From Eledone cirrhosa (taxonomy: Eukaryota): a DNA stretch of 64,000 nucleotides. The notes under the pieces were generated by a model that saw only the letters and a program-made list of their open reading frames with translations, made no database searches and was not told where the DNA came from. The position numbers and the translations under genes are program-made. Each line of letters starts with the position of its first letter. The first letter of the stretch is position 1. Below are positions 26,575 through 40,074 of this stretch, in pieces. The DNA is taken from positions 51,832,001-51,896,000 of the forward strand of contig OZ024743.1 of the NCBI GenBank assembly GCA_964016885.1, read 5' to 3'.

Positions 26575-28152
26575 TATTAGGATATTCTCAAACAGCTTTT
26601 ATTAAACTTGAAGATATTTGTGTTCTTTTCTAGATATCATCAGTATCATCACCACGCTTGTATGTAATGTATTTGTTGGCATATAAGGTTGATGTATGTA
26701 TGTATGTGTGTTTGTGTGTGTATATGTGCGTGTGTTTCTGTGTGTGTTTGTGTGTATGTGTGTGTGTGTGTTGGTCTACATTTACGTTTACTGTCCCATA
26801 TCTATTCAACAAAAGATCATTAAAATAAGCGCCAAACTAGAAAAAAATAATAAGTACTAGGGTCAATATGTTTTACTAACCCAGTGAAATGCCCCAGCAT
26901 GGCCTAAGCCACGTGCCTGACCCCCCCCCCCCCAAAAAAAAAATTTAAAAAAAAATTCAAAGAATAATATAATAAATACATAAACAAAAATGCTACAAAA
27001 TCAAACGAAGAACAGAACGGACCACCATCAAATACTCCCTCCCACTGCCATCAACAATAACATCCCCTCCCCACTGCCATCACTAGCATCAACAATAACA
27101 TCCCCTCCCTAATAACACCACCATCAACAATAACATCCCCTCCCTAATAACACCACCATCAACAATAACCCCCCCCACCACCACCACTCATAAAATACAG
27201 AATCCTTCAGAATGGCTATTTCACTGCTGTTAAATGTTCTGGCAATGTTCCAGTCCAGTTGCCAGATGTGATCCTAGGATATTCTCTACAACACTGCCAG
27301 AGAGAGAACCAGATATTCCCTCCATAATTGTCTGCTGTTCTGCCAGAGAGAGAACCAAAGTCTCGGTAGTACTGGAACAGTATTTGTTTCACAGGAAATG
27401 GTTTCTCAATAATTTCTGTGATTTTTCTCCACTCAACAATTTCCTCTTCCACCCACACTTCCTGCACTAACACCATTAATTTCTGGACAATTGATGGACC
27501 CCCCCCCCCCCCTCTATATCTATCTATCAATATCCATCTCCATCTATCTTCTAATGGATTTTAGATAAATATGTATGTGTATGTGTGAGTGAGTGTGTAT
27601 ATGTGTGTTGTGTGAGTGAGTGTGTGTATGTGTACGTGTGAGTACGTGTGTGTATGTGTATGTGTGAGTGAGTGTGTGTATGCATGTTTGTGTAAAAACT
27701 AACAAAAAACATATCTAATTATAAAATGATAATAAGCAAAGTGTATTTATAAGAGGGGGAACAGATACTAAATTCCTCAAAATATTTTATTATTTCCAAA
27801 ATTATTTGAAAAGCATAGGCAGTGTCTTTCATTAGAATTAGTCACAAAAGGGTTAACATTATATTTTTGGGGGTTGTGATGGTTCAATGTCCAGTGGTTA
27901 GCGTTTATAACCTTGCTGACCTATGAAATATATATCATCATCATCATCATCATCATTTTACGTCTGCTTTTCTCTGCTTGCATGTAATTTTGGTATTGTG
28001 TGGTTGGGTTTTGCCTACCGCAATTTTCAATTTGTCAAGCTTTTTAAACGTAATGTTATTACTCTTAGGACCTACCCTTATTGAGTGCTTTGCTACTCAT
28101 TCCTTATTGTAGGTCGACTTTGCTTGGCCACAGCCAAAGCTTCCACTTGCGT

Positions 28153-28207
<55 letters not shown>

Positions 28208-28609
28208 CATGACATTCCAGAGGTCACACAACCACTCTGTTGTCTTAGAATATTAAATGTCAGAGACAGTTTTGTTACACAATAACAGTGTTGTTCTGAT
28301 ATGTTTGTTTAACTTGAGGTTAAATCTAAGCTGGCAGAGGTATCTAATGAAATGCTAATTGCTATTACAATGTTAAAATCTAGATCAACTTATAGAGATT
28401 TATGGTATCTCTAGAGACAAGAAAATGTTAATCTTAAAGCAGCCCCCAGCCAATATGTCTAATTAGGCCACCTTAACCCTGTCATGGCTGTCTTTCTAAT
28501 GAAATACACTTTACTTCAATTACCATATTTGATGGCCTATTCCACACACTTTCCTGTATCCTCCTATACGAGGCAGAACAGAGTATGAGGACAGTCATGG
28601 TTAAACAGA

Positions 28610-31600
28610 TTTAGTTTATATTACTGTTAGTATTACTAGTACAGTAATACAATATAGTTTAGTTTATATTACTGTTAGTATTACTAGTACAGTAATACAA
28701 TACAATATAGTTTATATTACTATTAGTATTACTAGTACAGTAATACAATATAGTTTAGTTTATATTACTGTTAGTATTACTAGTACAGTAATACAATATA
28801 GTTTAGTTTATATTACTGTTAGTATTACTAGTACAGTAATACAATACAATATAGTTTATATTACTATTAGTATTACTAGTACAGTAATACAATACAATAT
28901 AGTTTATATTACTATTAGTATTACTAGTACAGTAATACAATACAATATAGTTTATATTACTATTAGTATTACTAGTACAGTAATACAATACAATATAGTT
29001 TATATTACTGTTAGTATTACTAGTACAGTAATACAATATAGTTTAGTTTATATTACTGTTAGTATTACTAGTACAGTAATACAATACAATATAGTTTATA
29101 TTACTATTAGTATTACTAGTACAGTAATACAATATAGTTTAGTTTATATTACTGTTAGTATTACTAGTACAGTAATACAATATAGTTTAGTTTATATTAC
29201 TGTTAGTATTACTAGTACAGTAATACAATACAATATAGTTTATATTACTATTAGTATTACTAGTACAGTAATACAATACAATATAGTTTATATTACTATT
29301 AGTATTACTAGTACAGTAATACAATACAATATAGTTTATATTACTATTAGTATTACTAGTACAGTAATACAATACAATATAGTTTATATTACTGTTAGTA
29401 TTACTAGTACAGTAATACAATATAGTTTAGTTTATATTACTGTTAGTATTACTAGTACAGTAATACAATATAGTTTAGTTTATATTACTGTTAGTATTAC
29501 TAGTACAGTAATACAATACAATATAGTTTATATTACTGTTAGTATTACTAGTACAGTAATACAATATAGTTTAGTTTATATTACTGTTAGTATTACTAGT
29601 ACAGTAATACAATATAGTTTAGTTTATATTACTGTTAGTATTACTAGTACAGTAATACAATATAGTTTAGTTTATATTACTATTAGTATGACTAGTACAG
29701 TAATACAATACAATATAGTTTATATTACTATTAGTATTACCAGTACAGTAATACAATACAATATAGTTTATATTACTGTTAGTATTACTAGTACAGTAAT
29801 ACAATACAATATAGTTTATATTACTGTTAGTATTACCAGTACAGTAATACAATACAATATAGTTTATATTACTATTAGTATTACCAGTACAGTAATACAA
29901 TACAATATAGTTTATATTACTGTTAGTATTACCAGTACAGTAATACAATACAATATAGTTTATATTACTGTTAGTATTACCAGTACAGTAATACAATACA
30001 ATATAGTTTATATTACTGTTAGTATTACCAGTACAGTAATACAATACAATATAGTTTATATTACTATTAGTATTACCAGTACAGTAATACAATACAATAT
30101 AGTTTATATTACTATTAGTATTACCAGTACAGTAATACAATACAATATAGTTTATATTACTATTAGTATTACCAGTACAGTAATACAATACAATATAGTT
30201 TATATTACTATTAGTATTATCAGTACAGTAATACAATACAATATAGTTTATATTACTGTTAGTATTACCAGTACAGTAATACAATACAATATAGTTTATA
30301 TTACTGTTAGTATGACTAGTACAGTAATACAATACAATATAGTTTATATTACTATTAGTATTACCAGTACAGTAATACAATACAATATAGTTTATATTAC
30401 TGTTAGTATTACTAGTACAGTAATACAATATAGTTTAGTTTATATTACTGTTAGTATGACTAGTACAGTAATACAATACAATATAGTTTATATTACTATT
30501 AGTATTACTAGTACAGTAATACAATACAATATAGTTTATATTACTGTTAGTATTACCAATACAGTAATACAATATAGTTTAGTTTATATTACTATTAGTA
30601 TTACTAGTACAGTAATACAATATAGTTTAGTTTATATTACTATTAGTATTACTAGTACAGTAATACAATACAATATAGTTTATATTACTATTAGTATTAC
30701 TAGTACAGTAATACAATACAATATAGTTTATATTACTGTTAGTATTACTAGTACAGTAATACAATATAGTTTAGTTTATATTACTATTAGTATGACTAGT
30801 ACAGTAATACAATACAATATAGTTTATATTACTATTAGTATTACCAATACAGTAATACAATATATTTTAGTTTATATTACTGTTAGTATTACCAATACAG
30901 TAACACAATATAATATAGTTTATATTACTATTAGTATTACTAATACAGTAATACAATACAATTTAGTTTATATTACTATTAGTATTACTAGTAGAGTAAT
31001 ACAATATAGTTTAGTTTATATTACTATTAGTATTACTAGTACAGTAATACAATATAGTTTATATTACTATTAGTATTACTAGTAGAGTAATACAATATAG
31101 TTTAGTTTATATTACTATTAGTATTACTAGTACAGTAATACAATATAGTTTATATTACTATTAGTATTACTAGTACAGTAATACAATACAATATAGTTTA
31201 TATTACTATTAGTATTACTAGTACAGTAATACAATACAATATAGTTTATATTACTATTAGTATTACTAGTACAGTAATACAATACAATTTAGTTTATATT
31301 ACTGTTAGTATTACCAATACAGTAATACAATACAATTTAGTTTATATTACTATTAGTATTACTAGTACAGTAATACAATACAATTTAGTTTATATTACTA
31401 TTAGTATTACTAGTACAGTAATACAATACAATTTAGTTTATATTACTATTAGTATTACTAGTACAGTAATACAATATAGTTTATATTACTATTAGTATTA
31501 CCAGTACAGTAATACAATACAATTTAGTTTATATTACTATTAGTATGACTAGTACAGTAATACAATACAATTTAGTTTGTATTACTGTTAGTATTACTAG

Positions 31601-33510
31601 TACAGTAATACAATACAATTTAGTTTATATTACTGTTAGTATTACCAATACAGTAATACAATACAATTTAGTTTATATTACCATTAGTATGACTAGTACA
31701 GTAATACAATATAATATAGTTTATATTATCATCATCATCATCATCATCGTTTAACGTCCATCTTCCACGCTTGCATGGGTTTGGACGGGAATTTTCCCAC
31801 TTGAGGCAAGATTGCTTGTCTTGCTCGTATGGGACTGTCTGGCGGATTTTCTACGGCTGGATGCGCTTCCTAACACCAACCACGTTTACAGTGTGGACTG
31901 GGAGGTTTTTACCATGTTACCTACACGGCCACATTACAACGTAGACTGTGTTTTTTTTGTCGTGACACCTACATGACCTCATTTATTTAGGACTGGATGT
32001 TGTGGTACCAACATAACTTTACATCGAAAGGGGTGGTGTGGATGGGGTGGGGGCAGTGGGACAGGGGTGTATTTTGGTTAAGAGGTGCCTACTGACTGTA
32101 GGTTTCGCTTTGTACTTAGGCAAGGCGGGTCTTCTGTATTACTGTGTAGCGCCAAAGATCTCGGTCCAGTGACATTGTCTTGGAGAGGTGTGTGTGAGGT
32201 CGGAATTTATCAAGTCGTCCCAGGTTTTTCTGGGTCTGCCTATTCCGTGGCTACCGTCTATCTTTATTGCTCTGCACTTTTTTATACAGCTATCGTCTTT
32301 CATGCGCATCACGTGACCGTACCAATGTAGTCTTCTCTCGAGTAAACAACATCTGATCCCTCTTATTCCTAATTTCTCCCTTAGTTCGTTTATGCTTTGC
32401 CGTTCACGTATATTACTATTACACATCCAGCGGAGCATGCAAGCTTCGTTCCTCTCCAGTCTGCATATATCCTCTGCACACAATGCCCATGTCTCACTGC
32501 CATGTAACATTGCTGTTCGTATGCAGGCATCATACAGCCTGCCTTTCATTTTTAGAGAGAACCCTTTAGCGACCAATAGTGGTATAAGCTCTCTGAACTT
32601 TTTCCACCCCGTTCTGACTCTAGCTACTGTACTTTCAGAGTACCCTCCACCACTGCTGATTTTGTCACCCAGGTAACGGAAGGTGTCCACTATTTCTATA
32701 GAACCATCTGTGCCATGGAATGAGCTAGTATTCTGTGGGCACTTGCTGCTACTTATTGCACCTGAGCACCGGCCACATATAAAATCTATATTCTTATTAC
32801 TATTAGTATTACTAGTACAGTAATACAATACAATTTAGTTTATATTACTGTTATTATTACCAATACAGTAATACAATACAATTTAGTTTATATTACTATT
32901 AGTATTACTAGTACAGTAATACAATACAATTTAGTTTATATTACTATTAGTATGACTAGTACAGTAATACAATACAATTTAGTTTATATTACTATTAGTA
33001 TTACTAGTACAGTAATACAATACAATTTAGTTTATATTACTATTAGTATTACTAGTACAGTAATACAATACAATTTAGTTTATATTACTATTAGTATTAC
33101 TAGTACAGTAATACAATACAATTTAGTTTATATTACTGTTAGTATTACCAATACAGTAATACAATACAATTTCGTTTGTATTACTGTTAGTATTACTAGT
33201 ACAGTAATACAATACAATTTAGTTTATATTACTGTTAGTATTACCAATACAGTAATACAATACAATTTAGTTTGTATTACTGTTAGTATTACTAGTACAG
33301 TAATACAATACAATTTAGTTTATATTACTGTTAGTATTACTAGTACAGTAATACAATACAATTTAGTTTATATTACTGTTAGTATTACTAGTACAGTAAT
33401 ACAATACAATTTAGTTTATATTACTGTTAGTATTACTAGTACAGTAATACAATACAATTTAGTTTATATTACTGTTAGTATTACTAGTACAGTAATACAA
33501 TACAATATAG
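28610..33510. repeat. 48-bp AT-rich satellite (~80 units) split by an RTE insertion
   Basis: Unit TACAATATAGTTTATATTACTATTAGTATTACTAGTACAGTAATACAA. Arrays span 28610-31728 and 32794-33510. Confidence 0.97.
31729..32793 (-). mobile_element. 5'-truncated RTE LINE (ORF C-terminus, 3' UTR, (GAT)n tail)
   Basis: FRYLGDKI...GWKKFRELIPLL...MLHGSETW...RRLHWYGHVMR...GRPRKTW. Same family as 56750-59290. Confidence 0.92.
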
Positions 33511-34120
33511 GAAATATAGTAATTAACAAATGATTTTGGGGGATTTAGTAAAATTATTAATTATTTCATTACCAAGATAGTAACTTAACATATGGTTCTA
33601 ATATTAAATTATGTTGGAAGATTTTAATTTCAAATGGGTTGCATTGTTTCATAGAACCAGAGTTGGTTTGGGTCAGTTAAACCTTCTGGTGTTAATCAAC
33701 TTCACTGCTTAGTTACCATATCTCAACTAGCCTACTAACAACAAACAGCATATTCAGTATTCTTTTATTCTTTTACTGGTTTCAGTCATTGATCTGTGGC
33801 TATGCTGGAACACTGCATTGATTTAGTTAATTATATTGACCCCAGTAATATTTTCATGTCTGGTGATTATTTCATTGATCTCTTCTTTTTTGTTGAGCTA
33901 TTAAGCTACAGGACATAAACACATACACAAATATAAACATAGAAATAGATGAGCACACACACACATAGAGAGAGAGAGAGAGGGAGAGTCTGTAGTGCTG
34001 AGACCTAGGAGACCACTAAGCATGGGAGTACTCAATGCATAAGGAGATGCAGAGTGGGTATAGAGATAAAATCCTGACTGCAGTGGCAAGAGGTTCCAGC
34101 TGAAACCTCTTGGTGTTGCA

Positions 34121-34207
<87 letters not shown>

Positions 34208-34782
34208 CAAAAGTTCTATTTAAATTGTTGGGATACAACAAGCAAATATTTTTATAACTGATATAAAGCACTCAACAAATATTTGGAGTAGATATACGAT
34301 ATTAATAAATGGAAACTATATTTATAAAACCATATTTATTTCATTATATATATTTCAAGGATACCAAGTTACATTATGGCATGCCTTCATCAGACAAAAT
34401 ATAATATATAACAGTTTTATAAATAGACATTGACGTACCCCTTTAAAGTAAACAAACCACTATCCTGATGGCCTCCAAAAGCAACGGTCAATTTTTAAAG
34501 GGGTACGTCAATGTCTATTTATAAAACTGTTATATATTATATTTTGTGTGATGAAGGCATGCCATAATGTAACTTGGTATCCTTGAAATATATATAATGA
34601 AATAAATATGGTTTTATAAATATAGTTTCCATTTATTAATATCGTATATCTACTCCAAATATTTGTTGAGTGCTTTATATCAGTTATAAAAATATTTGCT
34701 TGTTGTATCCCAACAATTTAAATAGAACTTTTGCATATACTCTGCTCCTGTATTGTTGAGCGCTTTACATTATAACTGAAAA

Positions 34783-37011
34783 ATGGAATTCTTTAAGATC
34801 TCTTCTTCTGTAAAAGACATACCTCTACCTAGGAATAAAGATTTTATTAAACAATTAATAGAAAAATCAGACTCTTTTATAAGAAGAATCAGGTGGCGTG
34901 CTTTCCACTTCGATAAATCTAATCTAAATGAAAATGTTTCAAAGCTGGATAGAATCTTCAAATCTAAAAAAAATCCACCCCCCAACAAACTACTAATGGA
35001 TTTTGAAAATGATATCGTATCTATCATCCAAAGCATCAAATTCAAAAACAACTTCAAAGGCCAAGATTACTTAAGAGATATTAAGGATAAGATTGAAAAC
35101 TTGGAGAAAACGGAGAAAATTCTAGTCAAGTCGGACAAAACTAATAATCTTTACGGAATACAAAAGGACATTTATAACGACCTTATATTGAAGGAACTAA
35201 GGAAGAAATATAAAGTAGCAAATAAGGACGAACTTGAAAAACTGAATACAGATGCCTCTTGTATAATGCATGAACTAGACATTGAAAATAAAACACAACC
35301 CTTCATGCCAAGGAAACCTAAGATCAATATGAAGGATCATAAAAGAAACTTTGAAAATGATTTACCAGTCAGATTAATTGCACCATCTAAATCTGACCTG
35401 GGCAGACTTAGCAAAAATATTCTAGACAGAATAATACAACAAATTAAGAATTTACCTAATTTATCTTACTTAAAATTATGGAAAGGGACTAGTGAGGTTA
35501 TCGATTGGTTTAAAGAAATTAAATATAACTATAATAATAAGTTTATTCAGTTGGATATTGCTAACTACTACTCATCTATCACTCCTAATCTACTGAATAA
35601 GGCACTAACTTACGCATTTAAACATACAGACCTAACTAGCAATGAAATGCACATTATATTATCAGCACGGAAAACATTAATAGAATTTAATAACCAACTC
35701 TGGACTAGGGCAGATAGAAATAATAATTTCGACATAACTATGGGATCTTCAGACTCAGCTCAGGTAACGGACCTTTTGGGCCTATTTATAATTAATTCTC
35801 TACATAGAAAAATACCAGATGTAACCGGAGGCTTATATCGTGACGACATGCTTTTACTTATAGAAAATAATAGCTGTGAACTAAATAGAAAAAGAAAACA
35901 AATTATACAATTTTTTAATTACCTTAATCTAAAAGTAGAAATAGAGAATAACCATAAAATAGTCAATTTTCTAGATGTAACACTAAATCTCAACACATGT
36001 CTTCATTATCCATTTCACAAACTAAATGAGAACTTAAATTATGTCAATTTTAACTCTAATCCCCCCAGATCCGTTAAAAATACTATAGTGAACTCTGTTC
36101 AAGAACGAATTTCAAGAATTTCATCTAATAAGAATATATTTGATGAAAAAGCGCATTATTACAACGAAGCGTTAGGTAGAGCTGGGTATAGAAATAAAAT
36201 TAAATACATCGATAATAATAATAATATACAAAATAACCAAAATAATAACAACTTTAATTATGGTAACAATTTCAACAACCATAATAGAAAATATTACAAT
36301 AACTCCGAAAGCCGAAAAAGAAATAGAACTAGGAATATATTATGGTTCGCTCCTCCTTTCTCACTAAATATTAAAACCCCTATTGCTAAACTATTCTTTA
36401 AAGCTCTTGACAAACGATTCCCTAGAACACTTAAATATTACTCAATTTTTAATAGACATACTATAAAATTAACCTACTCTTCCACCAAAAATTTAGCGCA
36501 AAATATTAATAGAATTAATAATAGAAATTTAAAACCTAACCAAAATACCAATAATAACCCAAGCAATATTCAATCGAATAACTGTAACTGTAGAAATAAA
36601 TCCAACTGTCCGTTAAATAACAACTGCTTAGCTAAAAATGTAGTTTATAATTGTAATGTTAAAACTAATTTAAATTCATTTAACTATGTCGGTTCTACCT
36701 CTACAGAATTTAAATCCCGCTTCAATAATCATAAAAATTCTTTTACAGATCCAAACAAAAAATCTTCAACTTCGCTATCTAGCCTATTATGGGACCTAAA
36801 ACGAGATAATGTTGAATATTCGCTGATTTGGAATATTATTTCAAAAGCTACTCCTTTTAATTCCTCTTCAGAAAATTGTGATCTTTGTATAGAGGAAATA
36901 TTTTTTATATTAAAGACCAAAAATTCCCTTAATTTAAGGAATAATTTATTCAGTTGCTGCAGACATGGATTGAACTCAACGTTTAAATATAAATATAAAT
37001 TTAAAATGTAG
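34783..37011 (+). CDS. PLE polyprotein: reverse transcriptase plus C-terminal GIY-YIG endonuclease (742 aa, uninterrupted)
   Basis: SDKT (DKG-like), LPVRLIAP, QLDIANYY (motif A), ITMGS (B'), YRDD (C), NFLDVTL (E), Cys-rich linker CNCRNKSNCPLNNNC, VVY...YVG, FKSRFNNH, CDLCIEE, LN. Confidence 0.95.
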   Translation: MEFFKISSSVKDIPLPRNKDFIKQLIEKSDSFIRRIRWRAFHFDKSNLNENVSKLDRIFKSKKNPPPNKLLMDFENDIVSIIQSIKFKNNFKGQDYLRDIKDKIENLEKTEKILVKSDKTNNLYGIQKDIYNDLILKELRKKYKVANKDELEKLNTDASCIMHELDIENKTQPFMPRKPKINMKDHKRNFENDLPVRLIAPSKSDLGRLSKNILDRIIQQIKNLPNLSYLKLWKGTSEVIDWFKEIKYNYNNKFIQLDIANYYSSITPNLLNKALTYAFKHTDLTSNEMHIILSARKTLIEFNNQLWTRADRNNNFDITMGSSDSAQVTDLLGLFIINSLHRKIPDVTGGLYRDDMLLLIENNSCELNRKRKQIIQFFNYLNLKVEIENNHKIVNFLDVTLNLNTCLHYPFHKLNENLNYVNFNSNPPRSVKNTIVNSVQERISRISSNKNIFDEKAHYYNEALGRAGYRNKIKYIDNNNNIQNNQNNNNFNYGNNFNNHNRKYYNNSESRKRNRTRNILWFAPPFSLNIKTPIAKLFFKALDKRFPRTLKYYSIFNRHTIKLTYSSTKNLAQNINRINNRNLKPNQNTNNNPSNIQSNNCNCRNKSNCPLNNNCLAKNVVYNCNVKTNLNSFNYVGSTSTEFKSRFNNHKNSFTDPNKKSSTSLSSLLWDLKRDNVEYSLIWNIISKATPFNSSSENCDLCIEEIFFILKTKNSLNLRNNLFSCCRHGLNSTFKYKYKFKM

Positions 37012-38837
37012 TTTAATTAATTAAGTAATTTAGTTAATATATGTAACCTGTCGATAAATCATTAGATTCCTTCACCTTTTTCATTTTCTTTGGTTAAGTA
37101 CCCAAGTATAAATTTTCTTCATAAATATAATTATAAATATAATAAACTATTCTAGAAAAGTTTATCCTTTCAATATCTTGAATAAAATATACGTAAGATA
37201 AATTTCTATACTAAACATATTATTTTAGCTTAAAATATTCTATAATATTTTAAGAGTTTTAAAATTAAAAAAAAAATTTTTTTAATTTTTAATTTTTAAT
37301 TTTTAATTTTTAATTTTTAATTTTTAATTTTTAATTTTTAATTTTTAATTTTTAATTTTTAATTTTTAATTTTTAATTTTTAATTTTTAAACTTTTTAAT
37401 ATTTTTTTAATAGTTTGATATCTGTAGAATCCTTGTTTTTAAGTTATATTGATATAATATTTTATTTTTTATTAGATTCATTTTATTTATTTTTTTATTA
37501 GATTCATTTTATTTTTTATTAGATTCATTTTATTTTTTATTTTTTATTAGATTTGTTTTTATTCTGATAGCTTCTCATAATTTTTATTAGATTTATTTTT
37601 TATTCTGATAGCTTCTCATAATTTTCAAAAGTTTGTCCTTTCAATATCTTGATTAAAATATACGTAAGATAAATTTCTATACTAAATATATTAAACATAT
37701 TATTTTAACTTAAAATATTCTATAATATTTTGGGATATTTTAGTATTTTGATATTTGTAGAATTCGTTTGCCTTTTAAGTTATATTGATATAATTATATT
37801 TCCAAAATATAATCCTTTTGTATTTTATATACTCAATTGTACTATGTTATATATTGATGTATACGTATGTCTATGTACGGCTTATGTATCTATATATGTG
37901 GGTTGACATACATATACATGTGTTATATGCTTTTTTATGATTATATGTCTATTTATGCATGAGTGACGCGTGTATACCAATTGAAGATGCACACACATAT
38001 CTATTCATGTATAGCTAAGAATTATGGATGTGAATGTACAGGTTTACACATGCAGTTTTTGATTGCAGATATGCATAACTTAACAGCCATAAATGCATGA
38101 AAGTTAATCCTATATATTTATATATATATATACTAAAAATTTTTAATTTTTAATTAATAACACAAGGAATGTATAGCAATACATAAAAAATCACTTATGC
38201 TTTGTATGTATATATTATATGCGGGAGTAGATATAGTGTGTATTTTCTGAGTGAGTGTGTATATATATATATTTATGTACCTTTGCCTATGTGTATGTAA
38301 TATACGATAGATAATCTCTCTAGCAATATATATATTTTATAATGTTTAAATTCCAATTTTTAATATATTGATCTCAATTTTTAAACTAAATATCTAATCA
38401 TAATTAAACAATGTGTAATTTCTCATATTATATATCTATATTCCATTCATGAATATTAATATTTCTAATTTTATTTATGCATTTCATCCCAATTGTTAAC
38501 TCAACTTAATATGACATAACTTGAGGTTTTCGTTCTCTCCCCCCTCTCTCTCTATCTCTATATATCTCTCTCTGGATTTTTTCTCTGTCTGATGGTTTGA
38601 TATCTCCCCGTTATTTTTCCTCTGTTCTCTTTTCTTTTTGCTTTCTTCTTTTTCTTTATCTATCTCTCCCTTTCTTTTTTTTTCTCCACGTTTCTCTCTC
38701 TCTCTCCATCTTTTTACTTACTCTTAACACTATGACTTACTAAAGTAAACAAACCACTATCCTGATGGCCTCCAAAAGCAACGGTCAATTTTTAAAGGGG
38801 TACGTCAATGTCTATTTATAAAACTGTTATATATTAT

Positions 38838-38900
38838 ATTTTGTCTGATGAAGGCATGCCATAATGTAACTTGGTATCCTTGAAATATATATAATGAAAT
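38838..38900 (+). ncRNA. Type I hammerhead in the 3' pLTR (copies at ~34541-34603 plus and ~34338-34400 minus)
   Basis: ATTTTGT-CTGATGA-AGGCATGCCA/TGGTATCCTT-GAAA-TATATA-TA-ATGAAAT. Minimal palindromic helix III, as known for PLE HHRs. Confidence 0.85.
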
Positions 38901-38940
38901 AAATATGGTTTTATAAATATAGTTTCCATTTATTAATATC

Positions 38941-38995
<55 letters not shown>

Positions 38996-39049
38996 TAAAC
39001 AAATAATGAATAAAACAATGAAACAGTTCCTTATATTAAACAAAAAAAG

Positions 39050-39204
39050 TTCATTATTTAACGATCGTTTCTAGGATATATATGTGTTAGAATTGGCATG
39101 CATATTCAACAGATCTATGTACAAAATTATACAAAATTATACAAACTATCAAAATTAAATATACATACCAAACACATATATATGCCGTCTTCAGAAATAA
39201 TGAA
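39050..39204 (-). ncRNA. Type I hammerhead with very long helix II (solo pLTR of another PLE family)
   Basis: TTCATTATTT-CTGAAGA-CGGCATATATATGTGTT...AACACATATATATCCTA-GAAA-CGATCG-TT-AAATAATGAA. Perfect 10-bp helix I and palindromic helix III. Confidence 0.85.
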
Positions 39205-39583
39205 ATATATTTATTGATAATAACAACAATTCAAAATTTCAGGTCTGTTTGGGAACAGAGTTCAAATTGACCAATGAAAATACAAAATGTTTATACAGTT
39301 AGGTGTGTGTATATATATGTGTAAGTAACTTCGTTCACAGATATGCATAAAGATATATGTTCACATGCATACGCATGCCAAAAAGATGTATGTAAATACA
39401 AAAATTCAAGGCTAATGTCTCTGTAAGTTTATAATCTACAGATAAAATGCGTATACACACATAAATATAAAATAAATATATACACACATTCATATACTCA
39501 CACATATTCGTACATTCACACACACACGCGCGTATACGCATAAACATACACATAACCACGAACATACATACACACATACACCC

Positions 39584-39634
<51 letters not shown>

Positions 39635-39636
<2 letters not shown>

Positions 39637-39800
39637 TCATCATCGTTTAATGTCTATCTTCCATGCTAGCATGGGTTAGACGGGAGTTGTCCCACTTGAG
39701 GCAAGATTGGTCAGGTGACCGTGTCTCACTCGCATAGGACTATCTGGCAGGTTTTCTACGGCTGGATGCCCTCCTAACACTAACCACATTTACAGTATGT
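39635..39800 (-). mobile_element. RTE-related 3'-end fragment or SINE with (GAT)n tail (other copies ~12995, 42215-42325, 46545-46925, 60575-60735, 60873-61170)
   Basis: Shares CAATCTTGCCTCAAGTGGG..CCCATGCTAGCATGGAAGATAGAC.TTAAACGATGATGAT with the RTE 3' UTR. Confidence 0.8.
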
Positions 39801-40074
39801 TGATATATATATATATATATATATCAACATAGAGCAGGTTTCTGCAGTTTCTCTCTACCAAATACTACACAGAAAACATTGGTCAACCTATAGAAAAAGA
39901 CACTTGCCCAAGGTGACCTGCAACAGGAACCCCAAAATATGTGGTTGTGAGGCAAGCTCCTTCACCACATACCCATGCCTCCACCTATATGTCTTCTTAC
40001 TTCTCTTTTTATTTTGGAGTTCTAATTGCCTGACAAGTCAACTGAGTGACTATGTGGAAACAGGCAACTACAAC

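Larger units (their letters stand above)
34203..38946 (+). mobile_element. Penelope-like retroelement, full length, with inverted 5' pLTR, inserted in (TA)n
   Basis: Direct pLTRs 34444-34649 and 38741-38946. Inverted arm 34203-34447 pairs with 34494-34738. TA tracts on both sides and a single RT-EN ORF. Confidence 0.95.

Noticed and set aside
29667-31073. 253-aa and 461-aa ORFs (also 32952-33533)
   Set aside because: Translations of the 48-bp satellite, broken by indels elsewhere in the array.
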